NCBI GenBank assembly: GCA_050010655.1
Contig: JBEKKP010000016.1
Coordinates: 5,336-69,335, forward strand
Source of the DNA: Candidatus Dormibacteria bacterium
GTDB lineage: Bacteria > Chloroflexota > Dormibacteria > Aeolococcales > Aeolococcaceae
Direction: 5' to 3'
DNA: 64,000 nucleotides
Shown: piece after piece, positions 31,205 to 39,930 of the stretch
Numbering within the stretch: position 1 is the first letter of the stretch
How the letters are laid out: the number at the start of each line of letters is the position of its first letter
Position numbers and translations under genes: made by a program
The notes under the pieces: model-generated
The model's database searches: none
What the model was told of the DNA's origin: nothing
The model's input: the letters and a program-made list of their open reading frames with translations, nothing else

Positions 31205-32221
31205 CTAGGTCCCGACTTCGGCGGGGACGGGGACGTCGGCATGCTGCGGCGTCTCGACAACGTCGCGATGCTTGAGCACGTTGAGCGTCGTGACCACCGC
31301 GATCAGCAGCAGGGCACCGACGATCTCGATCCCGTACAGGGGCAGGCCGAGGCCGACCGGGGCCGGCAAAGAGAACACCAGGAACAGCGTGCACGGGTAT
31401 CCCAGCTCGGCGATCGATGCGAGCGATGCCGGTGTGCTCGCCAGGGCTCGGTAGTACAGGAGCATCGCGAGCAGGCCGGGGATGAGCGCGATCCCGATGA
31501 AGCTTGGAATCTGGTGCACCGAGAAGGTCCCGAGGTGACCGCCGCCGACGTTGGTCAGCATCAGGATGAGCAACACCGGAAGTGCCAGCGTGAAACGCAT
31601 CGCAGCCGTCGTGACGAACGAGACGTTGGAGAGGCTGTAGCGGCCGAACACCGTCCCGGATGCCCAGAGAATGACGGCGCCGAGAATCAGGACGGCTGCG
31701 AGGAGTTGATCGTGCTCGACCGCCGAGAACGGGGCCAGCGGATTCTGCGGGAAGACGATCAGATACACGCCCACGATGGCGCATCCGGCGAGTGGCCAGA
31801 AGTACGGTTTGCGACGCTCCTTCAGGAAGATACGTGCCATTGCGATACCGAAGACGGGCTGGAGCATGTACAGCAGGTACACCTCGTTCTCCACGTTGAA
31901 ATCGGGTGCCGCATGTGCCGGGAAGGCGTAGCTCAGCGCTTGTGTGAAGAGGACGGTTGCAAACGCTTGCGCGCCGAGAGCGATCACCGCCATCGCGATC
32001 CACTGGCGGACCGGCAGATGCCGGAGCTCGCGGCGAATGCGTCCGGCCACCGGCAGAAAGCACAGCGCGATCAGCAGCGATTCGACGAAGACGATCTGGC
32101 TTGCGGTGAGCTGCTTGGTCAGCTCGGGGCGAAAGTACGGGTCGGTGGCCCACATCGCGGCGGCAACGGCGACAGCCAGCGGTCCCATGCGGCCGATCAG
32201 ACCGCCCGCTCTCGATGCCAC
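31205..32221 (-). CDS. DMT-superfamily (EamA-like) transporter
   Basis: 338-aa product with about 10 predicted TM helices in two EamA repeats. Immediately upstream of cofC-cofE-cofD in the same orientation. Confidence 0.75.
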   Translation of the reverse strand: MASRAGGLIGRMGPLAVAVAAAMWATDPYFRPELTKQLTASQIVFVESLLIALCFLPVAGRIRRELRHLPVRQWIAMAVIALGAQAFATVLFTQALSYAFPAHAAPDFNVENEVYLLYMLQPVFGIAMARIFLKERRKPYFWPLAGCAIVGVYLIVFPQNPLAPFSAVEHDQLLAAVLILGAVILWASGTVFGRYSLSNVSFVTTAAMRFTLALPVLLILMLTNVGGGHLGTFSVHQIPSFIGIALIPGLLAMLLYYRALASTPASLASIAELGYPCTLFLVFSLPAPVGLGLPLYGIEIVGALLLIAVVTTLNVLKHRDVVETPQHADVPVPAEVGT

Positions 32222-32345
32222 GGTTACGCGACCCTGGTCACACGGGGGACAGAGGACGGCCGGCCTGGGAAGCGCACCCGGTAAATTACACTCGAAAGCC
32301 CGTCGCCCGGCGTCGGGGCTGAATCAACTTCCGGGAGATGCGCTG

Positions 32346-32750
32346 ATGCTGTTCGGTCAGGAACACGTCGATCGATACGTCGCCACTGATGGTGAAGAGG
32401 GGTTCGCGTGGCACAAGGGCACCGAGATCCTGATCCTCACCACGACCGGTCGCAAGAGCGGCCAGTCGCGCAGCAATGCGCTCATTTTCGGCCGCCACGG
32501 TGATGACTACCTGGTCGTCGGGTCGAAAGGCGGAGCTCCAAAGCCGCCCGCCTGGTATGTGAATCTCAGCGCTAATCCCGAGGTGCAGGTCCAGGTGAAA
32601 GGAGATCGCTTCGCGGCCCACGCGCGCACGGCGACGGCGGAGGAGAAGCCCGAACTCTGGAAGATCATGACCGCGGCCTGGCCCGACTACGACCAGTACC
32701 AGGAGCGCACCGATCGCGAGATCCCGGTGGTCATCCTGACTCGCGACTGA
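32346..32750 (+). CDS. Deazaflavin (F420H2)-dependent oxidoreductase, nitroreductase (DDN) family
   Basis: Diagnostic DDN-family motifs (TTTGRKSGQSRSNALIFGRHGDDYLVVGSKGGAPKPPAWYVNL...PVVIL). Start at ATG 32346, and the upstream ORF extension was discounted. Confidence 0.85.
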   Translation: MLFGQEHVDRYVATDGEEGFAWHKGTEILILTTTGRKSGQSRSNALIFGRHGDDYLVVGSKGGAPKPPAWYVNLSANPEVQVQVKGDRFAAHARTATAEEKPELWKIMTAAWPDYDQYQERTDREIPVVILTRD

Positions 32751-32757
32751 CGAGCAG

Positions 32758-34956
32758 ATGATCGACGTCGCGAGCCTCGTCGCAATCGACGTCCACGTTC
32801 ACGTCGAGATCTCGGCGAGCGGTCATCACTCGCTGCCTGATGCGCTCCGCGAGGGCGCCGACGCGTACTTTGCCGCGGGGCATCGCATGCCCACCGTGCA
32901 CGAGATCGCCGCGTATTACCGGGAGCGTCACATGGCCGCGGTGGTCTTCACCGTTGATGCCGAGGCCGCGACGGCGCATCCGGCCATCTCCAATGAGGAG
33001 ATCGCGACAGCTGCGGCGGAGCACGATGACGTGCTCATTCCGTTTGCGAGCATCGATCCCGCCAAGGGACCGGCGGGAGCGCGTGAAGCGCGACGCCTCG
33101 CCGAGTCGTTCGGCGTCCGCGGCTTCAAGTTTCATCCAAACCTGCAGGGCTTCTTCCCGAACGATCGCTCCGCGTACCCGCTCTACGAGGCGATTCAAGC
33201 GCTCGGACTCCCCGCGATCTTTCACACCGGTCAGACCGGAATCGGTGCCCGGGTCCGTGGTGGCGGTGGCATACGGCTCAAGTACTCGGACCCGATGTTG
33301 CTCGATGACGTGGCAGTTGACTTCCCGGATCTCAGCATCGTCCTGGCGCATCCATCATTTCCCTGGCAGGACGAGGCGCTCGCGGTTGCGACGCACAAAC
33401 CAAATGTGTTCATCGATCTCTCGGGCTGGTCGCCGAAGTATTTCCCACCACAACTCGTGCGCTACGCCAACACGCTGCTGCAGGACAAGGTGTTGTTCGG
33501 GTCGGACTACCCGCTGCTGACGCCGGACCGCTGGCTCGCGGACTTCGACGCGCTCGACATCAAACCCGACGTCAAGCCGAAAATTCTCAAGCGCAACGCC
33601 ATGCGTCTCCTCGAGAGCCTCTTCGCCACCGCTGCGCTGGGAGCGATCTTCGTGCCACTCAACGCACGACTGTCTGCGGCGGAGATCGCCTTCATGCTCG
33701 GTGATTCCGGCGCGGACGTGCTGCTGTTCGGTGGCGCATCGGCATCGACGGTGGAACAGCTCGCCGTGGGCACGCGGCCGAAGTCGATCGCCGTTGATGC
33801 AGCGTTTCCTGGAGCGCTCGACTACGAAGCGATGATCGCAAGCGCCCCCGACACACCAATCGAGGTCCCGGTGGACGCAAACGCACCGTGCTTGATCATG
33901 TACACGTCCGGCACGACGGGCCGGCCGAAAGGCGCGATCCTCACGCACGACAACATCATGTGGAACTGCCTCAACGTGCTCGTGGATCTTGATATCCGCA
34001 GCGACGAGGTGACACTCGTGACTGCGCCGATGTTTCACACGGCCGCGCTCAACATGACGTGCCTGCCCACGCTGCTCAAGGGCGGGCACCTGATCATCGA
34101 ACCGCGATTCGATGCGGACGCTGTGATCGAGACGATCGCCCGAATGCGCGTCACGTTGCTCTTCGGCGTGCCGACGATGTTCGCCGCGCTGACACAGTCC
34201 CCGAAATGGGCGACGGCCGATCTCTCGTCCGTGCGCCTGTTGCTGTGCGGCGGCGCACCGGTCCCGAAATCGCTGATCACCACGTACCTCGAGCGCGGCC
34301 TCTCGTTCGTCCAGGGCTACGGGATGACCGAGACAGCGCCGGGTGCACTCATCGTCGACCCGCAGCTCAGCGCCGAGACGGTCGGCGCCGCCGGAGTGCC
34401 GCATTTCTTCACCGACGTGCGCCTGGTACGGGACGACGGCTCGACCGCGGCGCCTTGGGAATTGGGCGAGATCGTCATCGCCGGTCCGAACGTGATGCGC
34501 GGGTACTGGGGACTCCCGGAAGCCACCGAACAGGCCTTTCTCGACGGCGGGTGGTTCCGCTCCGGCGACGTCGCTGTGGCTGACGAGTCGGGTGTCATCA
34601 CCATCGTCGACCGCGTCAAGGACGTGTACATCTCGGGCGGCGAAAACGTGTATCCCGCCGAGGTGGAGAAAGCGCTCTGCGATCACGAAGCCGTCGTCGA
34701 AGCAGCAGTCATCGGCGTCGCCGACACCACCTGGGGCGAAGTAGGCGAGGCCTACGTCGTGCTCGCGGCAGACCGGTCAGTGACCGAGGAACAATTACGA
34801 GCGCATCTACGAGCGCGCATCGCCGGATACAAGATCCCACGGTCCTGGGTGTTCCGCGACTCGCTCCCGCACACGGCGTCGGGTAAGGTGCAGAAGTCCC
34901 AGTTGCGGGCGAAGACCGCAGCGAACGAACAGACCGCGACCGAGGAGACACCGTGA
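32758..34956 (+). CDS. Fusion ORF: amidohydrolase-2 (TIM-barrel metal-dependent hydrolase, aa 1-~290) joined in frame to an N-terminally truncated AMP-dependent synthetase/ligase (from motif ...GAIFVPLN onward)
   Basis: The N-terminal half has the amidohydrolase_2 pattern (HxH start, ...GSDYPL..., ...KILKRNAMRLLE C-terminus). The C-terminal half has AMP-binding motifs (YTSGTTGRPKGA, YGMTE, GWFRSGD, ...SGKVQK) but lacks the first ~80-100 residues of a normal ligase. Confidence 0.75.
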   Translation: MIDVASLVAIDVHVHVEISASGHHSLPDALREGADAYFAAGHRMPTVHEIAAYYRERHMAAVVFTVDAEAATAHPAISNEEIATAAAEHDDVLIPFASIDPAKGPAGAREARRLAESFGVRGFKFHPNLQGFFPNDRSAYPLYEAIQALGLPAIFHTGQTGIGARVRGGGGIRLKYSDPMLLDDVAVDFPDLSIVLAHPSFPWQDEALAVATHKPNVFIDLSGWSPKYFPPQLVRYANTLLQDKVLFGSDYPLLTPDRWLADFDALDIKPDVKPKILKRNAMRLLESLFATAALGAIFVPLNARLSAAEIAFMLGDSGADVLLFGGASASTVEQLAVGTRPKSIAVDAAFPGALDYEAMIASAPDTPIEVPVDANAPCLIMYTSGTTGRPKGAILTHDNIMWNCLNVLVDLDIRSDEVTLVTAPMFHTAALNMTCLPTLLKGGHLIIEPRFDADAVIETIARMRVTLLFGVPTMFAALTQSPKWATADLSSVRLLLCGGAPVPKSLITTYLERGLSFVQGYGMTETAPGALIVDPQLSAETVGAAGVPHFFTDVRLVRDDGSTAAPWELGEIVIAGPNVMRGYWGLPEATEQAFLDGGWFRSGDVAVADESGVITIVDRVKDVYISGGENVYPAEVEKALCDHEAVVEAAVIGVADTTWGEVGEAYVVLAADRSVTEEQLRAHLRARIAGYKIPRSWVFRDSLPHTASGKVQKSQLRAKTAANEQTATEETP

Positions 34957-35411
34957 CCACGACCGTCACAAGCGTCGACGAGCTCACCGCCTTGACCGGC
35001 AAGCATCTGGGGTACTCGGCATGGCGAGAGATCACTCAGGAACAGATCAACACGTTTGCTGACGCCACCGACGACCACCAGTGGATTCACATCGATCCGG
35101 AACGGGCCGCAGCCGGTCCGTTCGGCACCACGATTGCGCACGGATTCCTCACGCTCTCGCTCGTCATCCCGATGTGGAGCGAGATTCTGCATTTCGAAGG
35201 CGTACGCCTCGGCGTCAACTACGGACTGAACAAGGTGCGCTTTGTCTCTCCGGTCCCGGTGGGCTCAAAGATCCGCACGGGAGCGACGCTCGTTTCGGTA
35301 GAAACCGTGGCGGACGGCAGCCTGCAGATCGTCGTCGACTTCGTCATCGAGCGCGAAGGCGCCGAGAAGAAGTGCTGCATCGCTCAAGGGTTGTATCGCT
35401 TTTACGTTTGA
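34953..35411 (+). CDS. MaoC-like (R)-specific enoyl-CoA hydratase / hot-dog fold dehydratase
   Basis: 152-aa hot-dog protein (..DDHQWIHIDPERAAAGPFGTTIAHGFLTLSL..). ATGA overlap with the preceding stop. Confidence 0.85.
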   Translation: MTTTVTSVDELTALTGKHLGYSAWREITQEQINTFADATDDHQWIHIDPERAAAGPFGTTIAHGFLTLSLVIPMWSEILHFEGVRLGVNYGLNKVRFVSPVPVGSKIRTGATLVSVETVADGSLQIVVDFVIEREGAEKKCCIAQGLYRFYV

Positions 35412-35482
35412 GCCGCGCGCGCACTAGCCGCGGCGCGCCGTCCAGCGGGGGCTTTTTCGTCTGACCTGAACGGGTGGTGACC

Positions 35483-35610
35483 CAGCGGAGCGGGAGGGGT
35501 GACCCGCGATCCGCGAATTTGTCAGCGCCCGAGCGAGTGCGACAATTTGCTTGCGCGAACGAGGGCGCTGACAAGCTGAGCACGTCGCGGGTCACCCCTC
35601 CCGCTCCGCG
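35483..35610. repeat. Single inverted-orientation copy of the palindromic REP/MITE-like element (26-bp terminal inverted repeats GCGGAGCGGGAGGGGTGACCCGCGA / rc, inner TTGTCAGCGCCC / GGGCGCTGACAA stem, core GAGTGCGACAATTTGCTTGCGCGA)
   Basis: Perfect or near-perfect nested inverted repeats read directly from the sequence. The core is the reverse complement of the 7740-7760 and 7843-7862 cores. Confidence 0.85.
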
Positions 35611-35633
35611 GCGCGCTGCGCTATATGCGAAGC

Positions 35634-37319
35634 TCAGACGGAAAAGTCTTCTTCCCAATATTCGTTCGCCGCGCGTGCCGACGACGACTCCTCACGGAGC
35701 GCGGCCTCGCGCGTCCGCAGGTCGACGCGACGGATCTTGCCCGAGATCGTCTTCGGCAGCTCCGAAAACTCCAGGCGGCGTATGCGTTTGTAGCCGGCGA
35801 GGTTCGCTTTCGTGTGCGCGAAGATCGAGCGCGCGACTTCCTCTGATGCGACATAGCCCGCACCGACTGTGATGAAGGCTTTGGGCACCGACAGGCGGAG
35901 CGGATCCGGCGACGGAACGACCGCCGCCTCTGCGACTGCGGGGTGCTCGATGAGGACGCTCTCCAGTTCGAAGGGGGAGATCCGGTAGTCCGATGACTTG
36001 AACACGTCGTCGGCTCTGCCGACGTAGGTGATGTATCCGTCTTCGTCGCGCGACGCGACGTCGCCCGTGTGATAGAAGCCGTCGCGCATGACGTCTGCGT
36101 TGTGCCCGGTGTCGTCGCGGTATCCGACCATCAGCCCAAGCGGACGCTGTGAGAGGTCGATGCAGATCTCGCCGGTCTCCCCGTGGACACCGCTTGCGGG
36201 ATCGATGAGGTCGATCACGTAGCCGGGGAGCGGACGCCCCATCGATCCGAGTTTCAGTGGCTGGTCGGGCGTGTTGCCGATCTGAGCTGTGGTTTCGGTC
36301 TGCCCGTAGCCGTCGCGGATGGTGAGGCCCCAGGCGCGCCGCACCTGCTCGATGACCTCGGGGTTCAGGGGCTCGCCGGCGCTCACGACTTCACGGAGCG
36401 ATGGGTGCCAGGCGGTGAGGTCTTCCTGAATCACCATCCGCCACACCGTCGGCGGCGCGCACAGCGTTGTGACCGAACAGCGTGTGAGCGTGTCGAGCAG
36501 CCGTCGTGCGGAAAAGCGCGATGCGTTGAGGATGAGCACGCACGCCTCGGCGTTCCATGGAGCGAAGAAGTTGCTCCACGCATGCTTTGCCCAGCCGGGT
36601 GACGCGACGTTGAGGTGGACGTCGCCGGGCCGAAGCCCGAGCCAGTACATCGTCGCGAGATGGCCGATCGGATAGCTCACCTGGGTGTGCTCGACGAGCT
36701 TCGGTTGCGCGGTGGTCCCGGAGGTGAAATAGAGGAAGAGCGGGTCGCTCGCGGGTGTTGGACCTTCGGGTGTGAATGCCGTGTCACCGCTCATGAAATC
36801 GCTGTACCGGAGCCATCCATCGACCGGGTCGCCGACGGCGATTCGCGTGAACGCTCCCACGATGCCGGCAAACTGCCCGACGAGAGCCGACTCGGCGATG
36901 ACCTGCGTGACACCGCCGCGCTCGACACGATCCGCGATGTCCGCCGGAGTCAGGAGCGTCGTGGACGGGATCATCACGGCGCCCAGTTTCGTGAGCGCGA
37001 GCATGCACTCCCAGAGAGCCAGCTGGTTGCCGAGCATGAGCAGGACTCGGTCGCCGCGGTGCACGCCCTGCTTGCGCAACCACGAAGCCAGCGCGTTGGA
37101 TCGGGCGCTCATCTCGGCGAACGAAAGGCGCATCTCCGTGTCGTCGTCATCGACGATCCAGAGCGCCGGCCGGTCGTTACCGGCGGCGATGACGTCGAAC
37201 CAGTCGAGCGCCCAGTTGAAGTGCTCCGGGTGCGGCCACTCGAAGTCGCGGTACGCGGTGTCGTACTCCGCCCGGTGTGCGAACAGGAAGTCGCGGGCGG
37301 CTCTGAACTCCATACTCAT
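35634..37319 (-). CDS. AMP-dependent acyl-CoA synthetase (medium-chain/aromatic acid-CoA ligase-like)
   Basis: 561-aa product with a full set of adenylate-forming enzyme motifs (YFTSGTTAQPK, YGQTE, ...GDVASRDEDGYITYVGRADDV..., SGKIRR). Confidence 0.88.
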   Translation of the reverse strand: MSMEFRAARDFLFAHRAEYDTAYRDFEWPHPEHFNWALDWFDVIAAGNDRPALWIVDDDDTEMRLSFAEMSARSNALASWLRKQGVHRGDRVLLMLGNQLALWECMLALTKLGAVMIPSTTLLTPADIADRVERGGVTQVIAESALVGQFAGIVGAFTRIAVGDPVDGWLRYSDFMSGDTAFTPEGPTPASDPLFLYFTSGTTAQPKLVEHTQVSYPIGHLATMYWLGLRPGDVHLNVASPGWAKHAWSNFFAPWNAEACVLILNASRFSARRLLDTLTRCSVTTLCAPPTVWRMVIQEDLTAWHPSLREVVSAGEPLNPEVIEQVRRAWGLTIRDGYGQTETTAQIGNTPDQPLKLGSMGRPLPGYVIDLIDPASGVHGETGEICIDLSQRPLGLMVGYRDDTGHNADVMRDGFYHTGDVASRDEDGYITYVGRADDVFKSSDYRISPFELESVLIEHPAVAEAAVVPSPDPLRLSVPKAFITVGAGYVASEEVARSIFAHTKANLAGYKRIRRLEFSELPKTISGKIRRVDLRTREAALREESSSARAANEYWEEDFSV

Positions 37320-37373
37320 GCGCTCCTTCTCATCGCGATGTTCCGCACGAGTCTGACAGTCGTTATCGCCCGC

Positions 37374-38189
37374 TCATGCGGCACGTGAGCGTATCGCCCG
37401 GGCGGTGTCCATGAGGCGCTCGGCGCGTGCCGGATCGACGCGACTCCAGGTGTCGCCATCGACCTTCAGGCTGGTGCCGACGATCACGCCGTCGGCCACG
37501 GCGAGGATCTCCTCCAATCGGTCCGCGCTGACGCCGGTATTGGCAAACACGGGCAGATCGGGCACCGCTTCCTTGGCAGCACTCAGGTCACTCATGGCGA
37601 AGGGCACGCCGGCCGCGGGGCCGGAGATGAGGATGGCGTCCACCCCGAGGAATTCCGCGCTCCGGGCACGATCTCCGATGGTCCGGGTCCCGAGAACGCT
37701 GCTGAATTCCGGCGAGATGTTGTCGAAAAGAGCCACATCGTCGGCGCCGATCGCGGTGCGGTAGCCGGCGAGGTCACCGATGGACGGTGCGATCAGACCG
37801 AGGTCACTCTCGAACACGCCCGTGAGCACCTCGCGGATGAAGGTCGCACCCGTCGCGCGAGCGACGGCGAGCGTCGCCTTCGCGTCCCAGAGGATGTTCA
37901 CGCCGAAGGGGACCCGAACCGATGCCCGCAACTCGCCGATGACCGCCGCCATCGCCGCGGGAATCTCCGGCCCCACGACGAGCTGATAGGGGATGTCGTT
38001 CTCATTGCAGAAGAGCACGCCGTCGACGCCTGCTCCCTGCAGTGTTTCCAGGTCCCGGCCGACCACGTCGACGAGGTGGCTTCGTCCCAGCTCGCGATTG
38101 TGACGGGGCCGGCCCGGCAAGCCCGGGAAGTGCAGCATGGCGATCACCGGCTTGGGGGCGCCGAATCGCCGCTCCAGCGACATAGTCAT
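37374..38189 (-). CDS. BtpA/SgcQ-family TIM-barrel protein (paralog 1)
   Basis: 271-aa product (PVIAMLHFPGLPGRPRH...GVDGVLFCNENDIPY...). Roughly 60% identical to the ORF at 42447-43265. Confidence 0.8.
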   Translation of the reverse strand: MTMSLERRFGAPKPVIAMLHFPGLPGRPRHNRELGRSHLVDVVGRDLETLQGAGVDGVLFCNENDIPYQLVVGPEIPAAMAAVIGELRASVRVPFGVNILWDAKATLAVARATGATFIREVLTGVFESDLGLIAPSIGDLAGYRTAIGADDVALFDNISPEFSSVLGTRTIGDRARSAEFLGVDAILISGPAAGVPFAMSDLSAAKEAVPDLPVFANTGVSADRLEEILAVADGVIVGTSLKVDGDTWSRVDPARAERLMDTARAIRSRAA

Positions 38190-38198
38190 CCCTTCTCC

Positions 38199-39008
38199 TC
38201 ACTCCACCGCGGCGCGGTGCTGATCAATGAATTCAATAACGGCTCGATTCCACGGGTCGGGATTTTCCACAAAAGCGGCATGCCCGCCCGGCACGATCGC
38301 CCATGAGCCGTGCGGCAGCTCCTCGTACATGCGGTGCGAGAGCGACAGCCGGATGATGATGTCGTCGTCGGAGGCGATGACGAGCGCCGGCGTCTGCAAC
38401 ACACCGAGGCGTGCCGTGCAGTCGTGCGTGACCAGCGCCGCAATTTGTGCCGCGAACGACCAGGCGGGCTGGGAGCTGCGCTCCATCTCCACGAGGATCG
38501 CGGCGAGCTGCTCGGGGTGTGCGTCGTAGAACGCGGGACTGAAAACCCACGGCGCCTGCTGACGCATCATCAGCGCCATCCCGCCTGATTCGGCAACCTC
38601 CGCCCACGAGTCGAACGCGGCACGTGTGTATGCGTCCGGCTTGGCGTATGTGTTGGCGAGCACGACCGAGAGCAGGTCCTCGGGATACGTCAGGGCGTAC
38701 TCCTGCGCGATCACGCCGCCCATGGACACGCCGACGAGGTGGAATCGTGTCAGGCCCAACGCGACCGCGAGCCCTTTGGTGTCCGCAGCCATCTCGCGAC
38801 TGGTGTACGGACCCGGCGGAAACGACGAGCGCCCGCACCCACGGTTGTCGAAGGTGATCACGCGAAGCCCGGCGGCGACGAAGGGATCAACCTGCATGGC
38901 CCAGCCTTCGAGGTCGTCGCCCACTCCGTTGATGAGCAGGACGTCTTCCGTCCCGTCACCGGTGATGCGGTAGTGCAGGTCGAGACCATTCGCCTGAACG
39001 GTGGGCAT
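38199..39008 (-). CDS. Alpha/beta hydrolase
   Basis: GVSMGG nucleophile elbow. Typical 269-aa AB-hydrolase-1 layout. Confidence 0.8.
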   Translation of the reverse strand: MPTVQANGLDLHYRITGDGTEDVLLINGVGDDLEGWAMQVDPFVAAGLRVITFDNRGCGRSSFPPGPYTSREMAADTKGLAVALGLTRFHLVGVSMGGVIAQEYALTYPEDLLSVVLANTYAKPDAYTRAAFDSWAEVAESGGMALMMRQQAPWVFSPAFYDAHPEQLAAILVEMERSSQPAWSFAAQIAALVTHDCTARLGVLQTPALVIASDDDIIIRLSLSHRMYEELPHGSWAIVPGGHAAFVENPDPWNRAVIEFIDQHRAAVE

Positions 39009-39012
39009 CCGG

Positions 39013-39930
39013 CTAACTCCCGAGACCGTACGCGGTGATTGCGCTGCGCCAGAGCTCGACGGAGACCAGCAGGTCGGCGATCACCTGGCCGTCGGGATCC
39101 TCGAAGCCGGGAATGATCTCGAAGATGAGGTCGACGGTGCCCGCGTCCGAGGCATCGAGCGTCTCGAGCACTTTCGCCGGTTCGATGAGGCCGACGGCGT
39201 TGTGCTCCGCGGTGAACGCCCAGTGGTGGTCGGCGATTCCGTCGGATTGCTGCAACTGCACTTCGACGAGGCGGCTGCCGAAACGCCGCAACCATGCATA
39301 CGGGTCGCGCTCATCTCCCTCGGTGCCCGGGACACACTGATGACCGACGTCAAGGCACAGACGCCACGGAACGTGCTCGGCGTCGCCGTCACTCAGCAAA
39401 TCCTCGATGCGCGCCATCGTCGACGGCTCGCGGACCGACACGAGATTTTCAATGAGCAGGTAGTCGAGCCCGGCCATGCTTGCGTGCCCCGCGATGGTCT
39501 CGAGATCGCGTTTCAGACCGGCCCAGCGTTCGGCCCGGCGCTCGGGAACGTTCCAGTCCGGCACGCTCATCGCACCCACATGACCGCCGGTCGCGCGGGC
39601 TCCGAGTGATGCGGTCAGATCGATGACTGTCCGATACCAGTCGAGCGCCGACTCGCGGCGCGCCTGGTCCGGGTGCATGAGCAGATCGAGTGAGTACGCC
39701 GACAGGCCGGTGAACGTCGCGTGCGCGCGCAGTCCGTTGGCGTCAAGCGCTGCGCGATGACGCTCCACGGCATCGCGACCACCGCCGAATGTCTCGGTGC
39801 CCTCGATGAGGTCGAGGGACAGTTCGACGAGATCGAGGCCGAGGTCGTTGCGAACGATCGACGCCCAGTCCGCGGGCCGTGGCCAGCGCTTGAGCGCGAA
39901 GCAGGTGTTGATGCCGAGGTTGACCTTCAT
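39013..39930 (-). CDS. Sugar phosphate isomerase/epimerase (xylose isomerase-like TIM barrel)
   Basis: 305-aa AP-endonuclease-2/xylose-isomerase-like TIM-barrel pattern (..LIENLVS.., ..LDVGH..). Confidence 0.75.
   Translation of the reverse strand: MKVNLGINTCFALKRWPRPADWASIVRNDLGLDLVELSLDLIEGTETFGGGRDAVERHRAALDANGLRAHATFTGLSAYSLDLLMHPDQARRESALDWYRTVIDLTASLGARATGGHVGAMSVPDWNVPERRAERWAGLKRDLETIAGHASMAGLDYLLIENLVSVREPSTMARIEDLLSDGDAEHVPWRLCLDVGHQCVPGTEGDERDPYAWLRRFGSRLVEVQLQQSDGIADHHWAFTAEHNAVGLIEPAKVLETLDASDAGTVDLIFEIIPGFEDPDGQVIADLLVSVELWRSAITAYGLGS

Noticed and set aside
29813-32284. 823-aa ORF on the plus strand spanning cofD, cofE, cofC and the EamA transporter
   Set aside because: It is antisense to four well-supported genes, has Arg/Ala/Gly-rich low-complexity translation and no domain signal. 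Long stop-free antisense frames are expected at ~70% GC with high GC3.
35412-35460. Intrinsic terminator after the MaoC-like gene (GC-rich segment followed by CTTTTTCG)
   Set aside because: The GC-rich segment does not form a clean perfect hairpin on inspection, and the T-tract is short. It may function together with the adjacent palindromic element, but it was not called as a separate feature.
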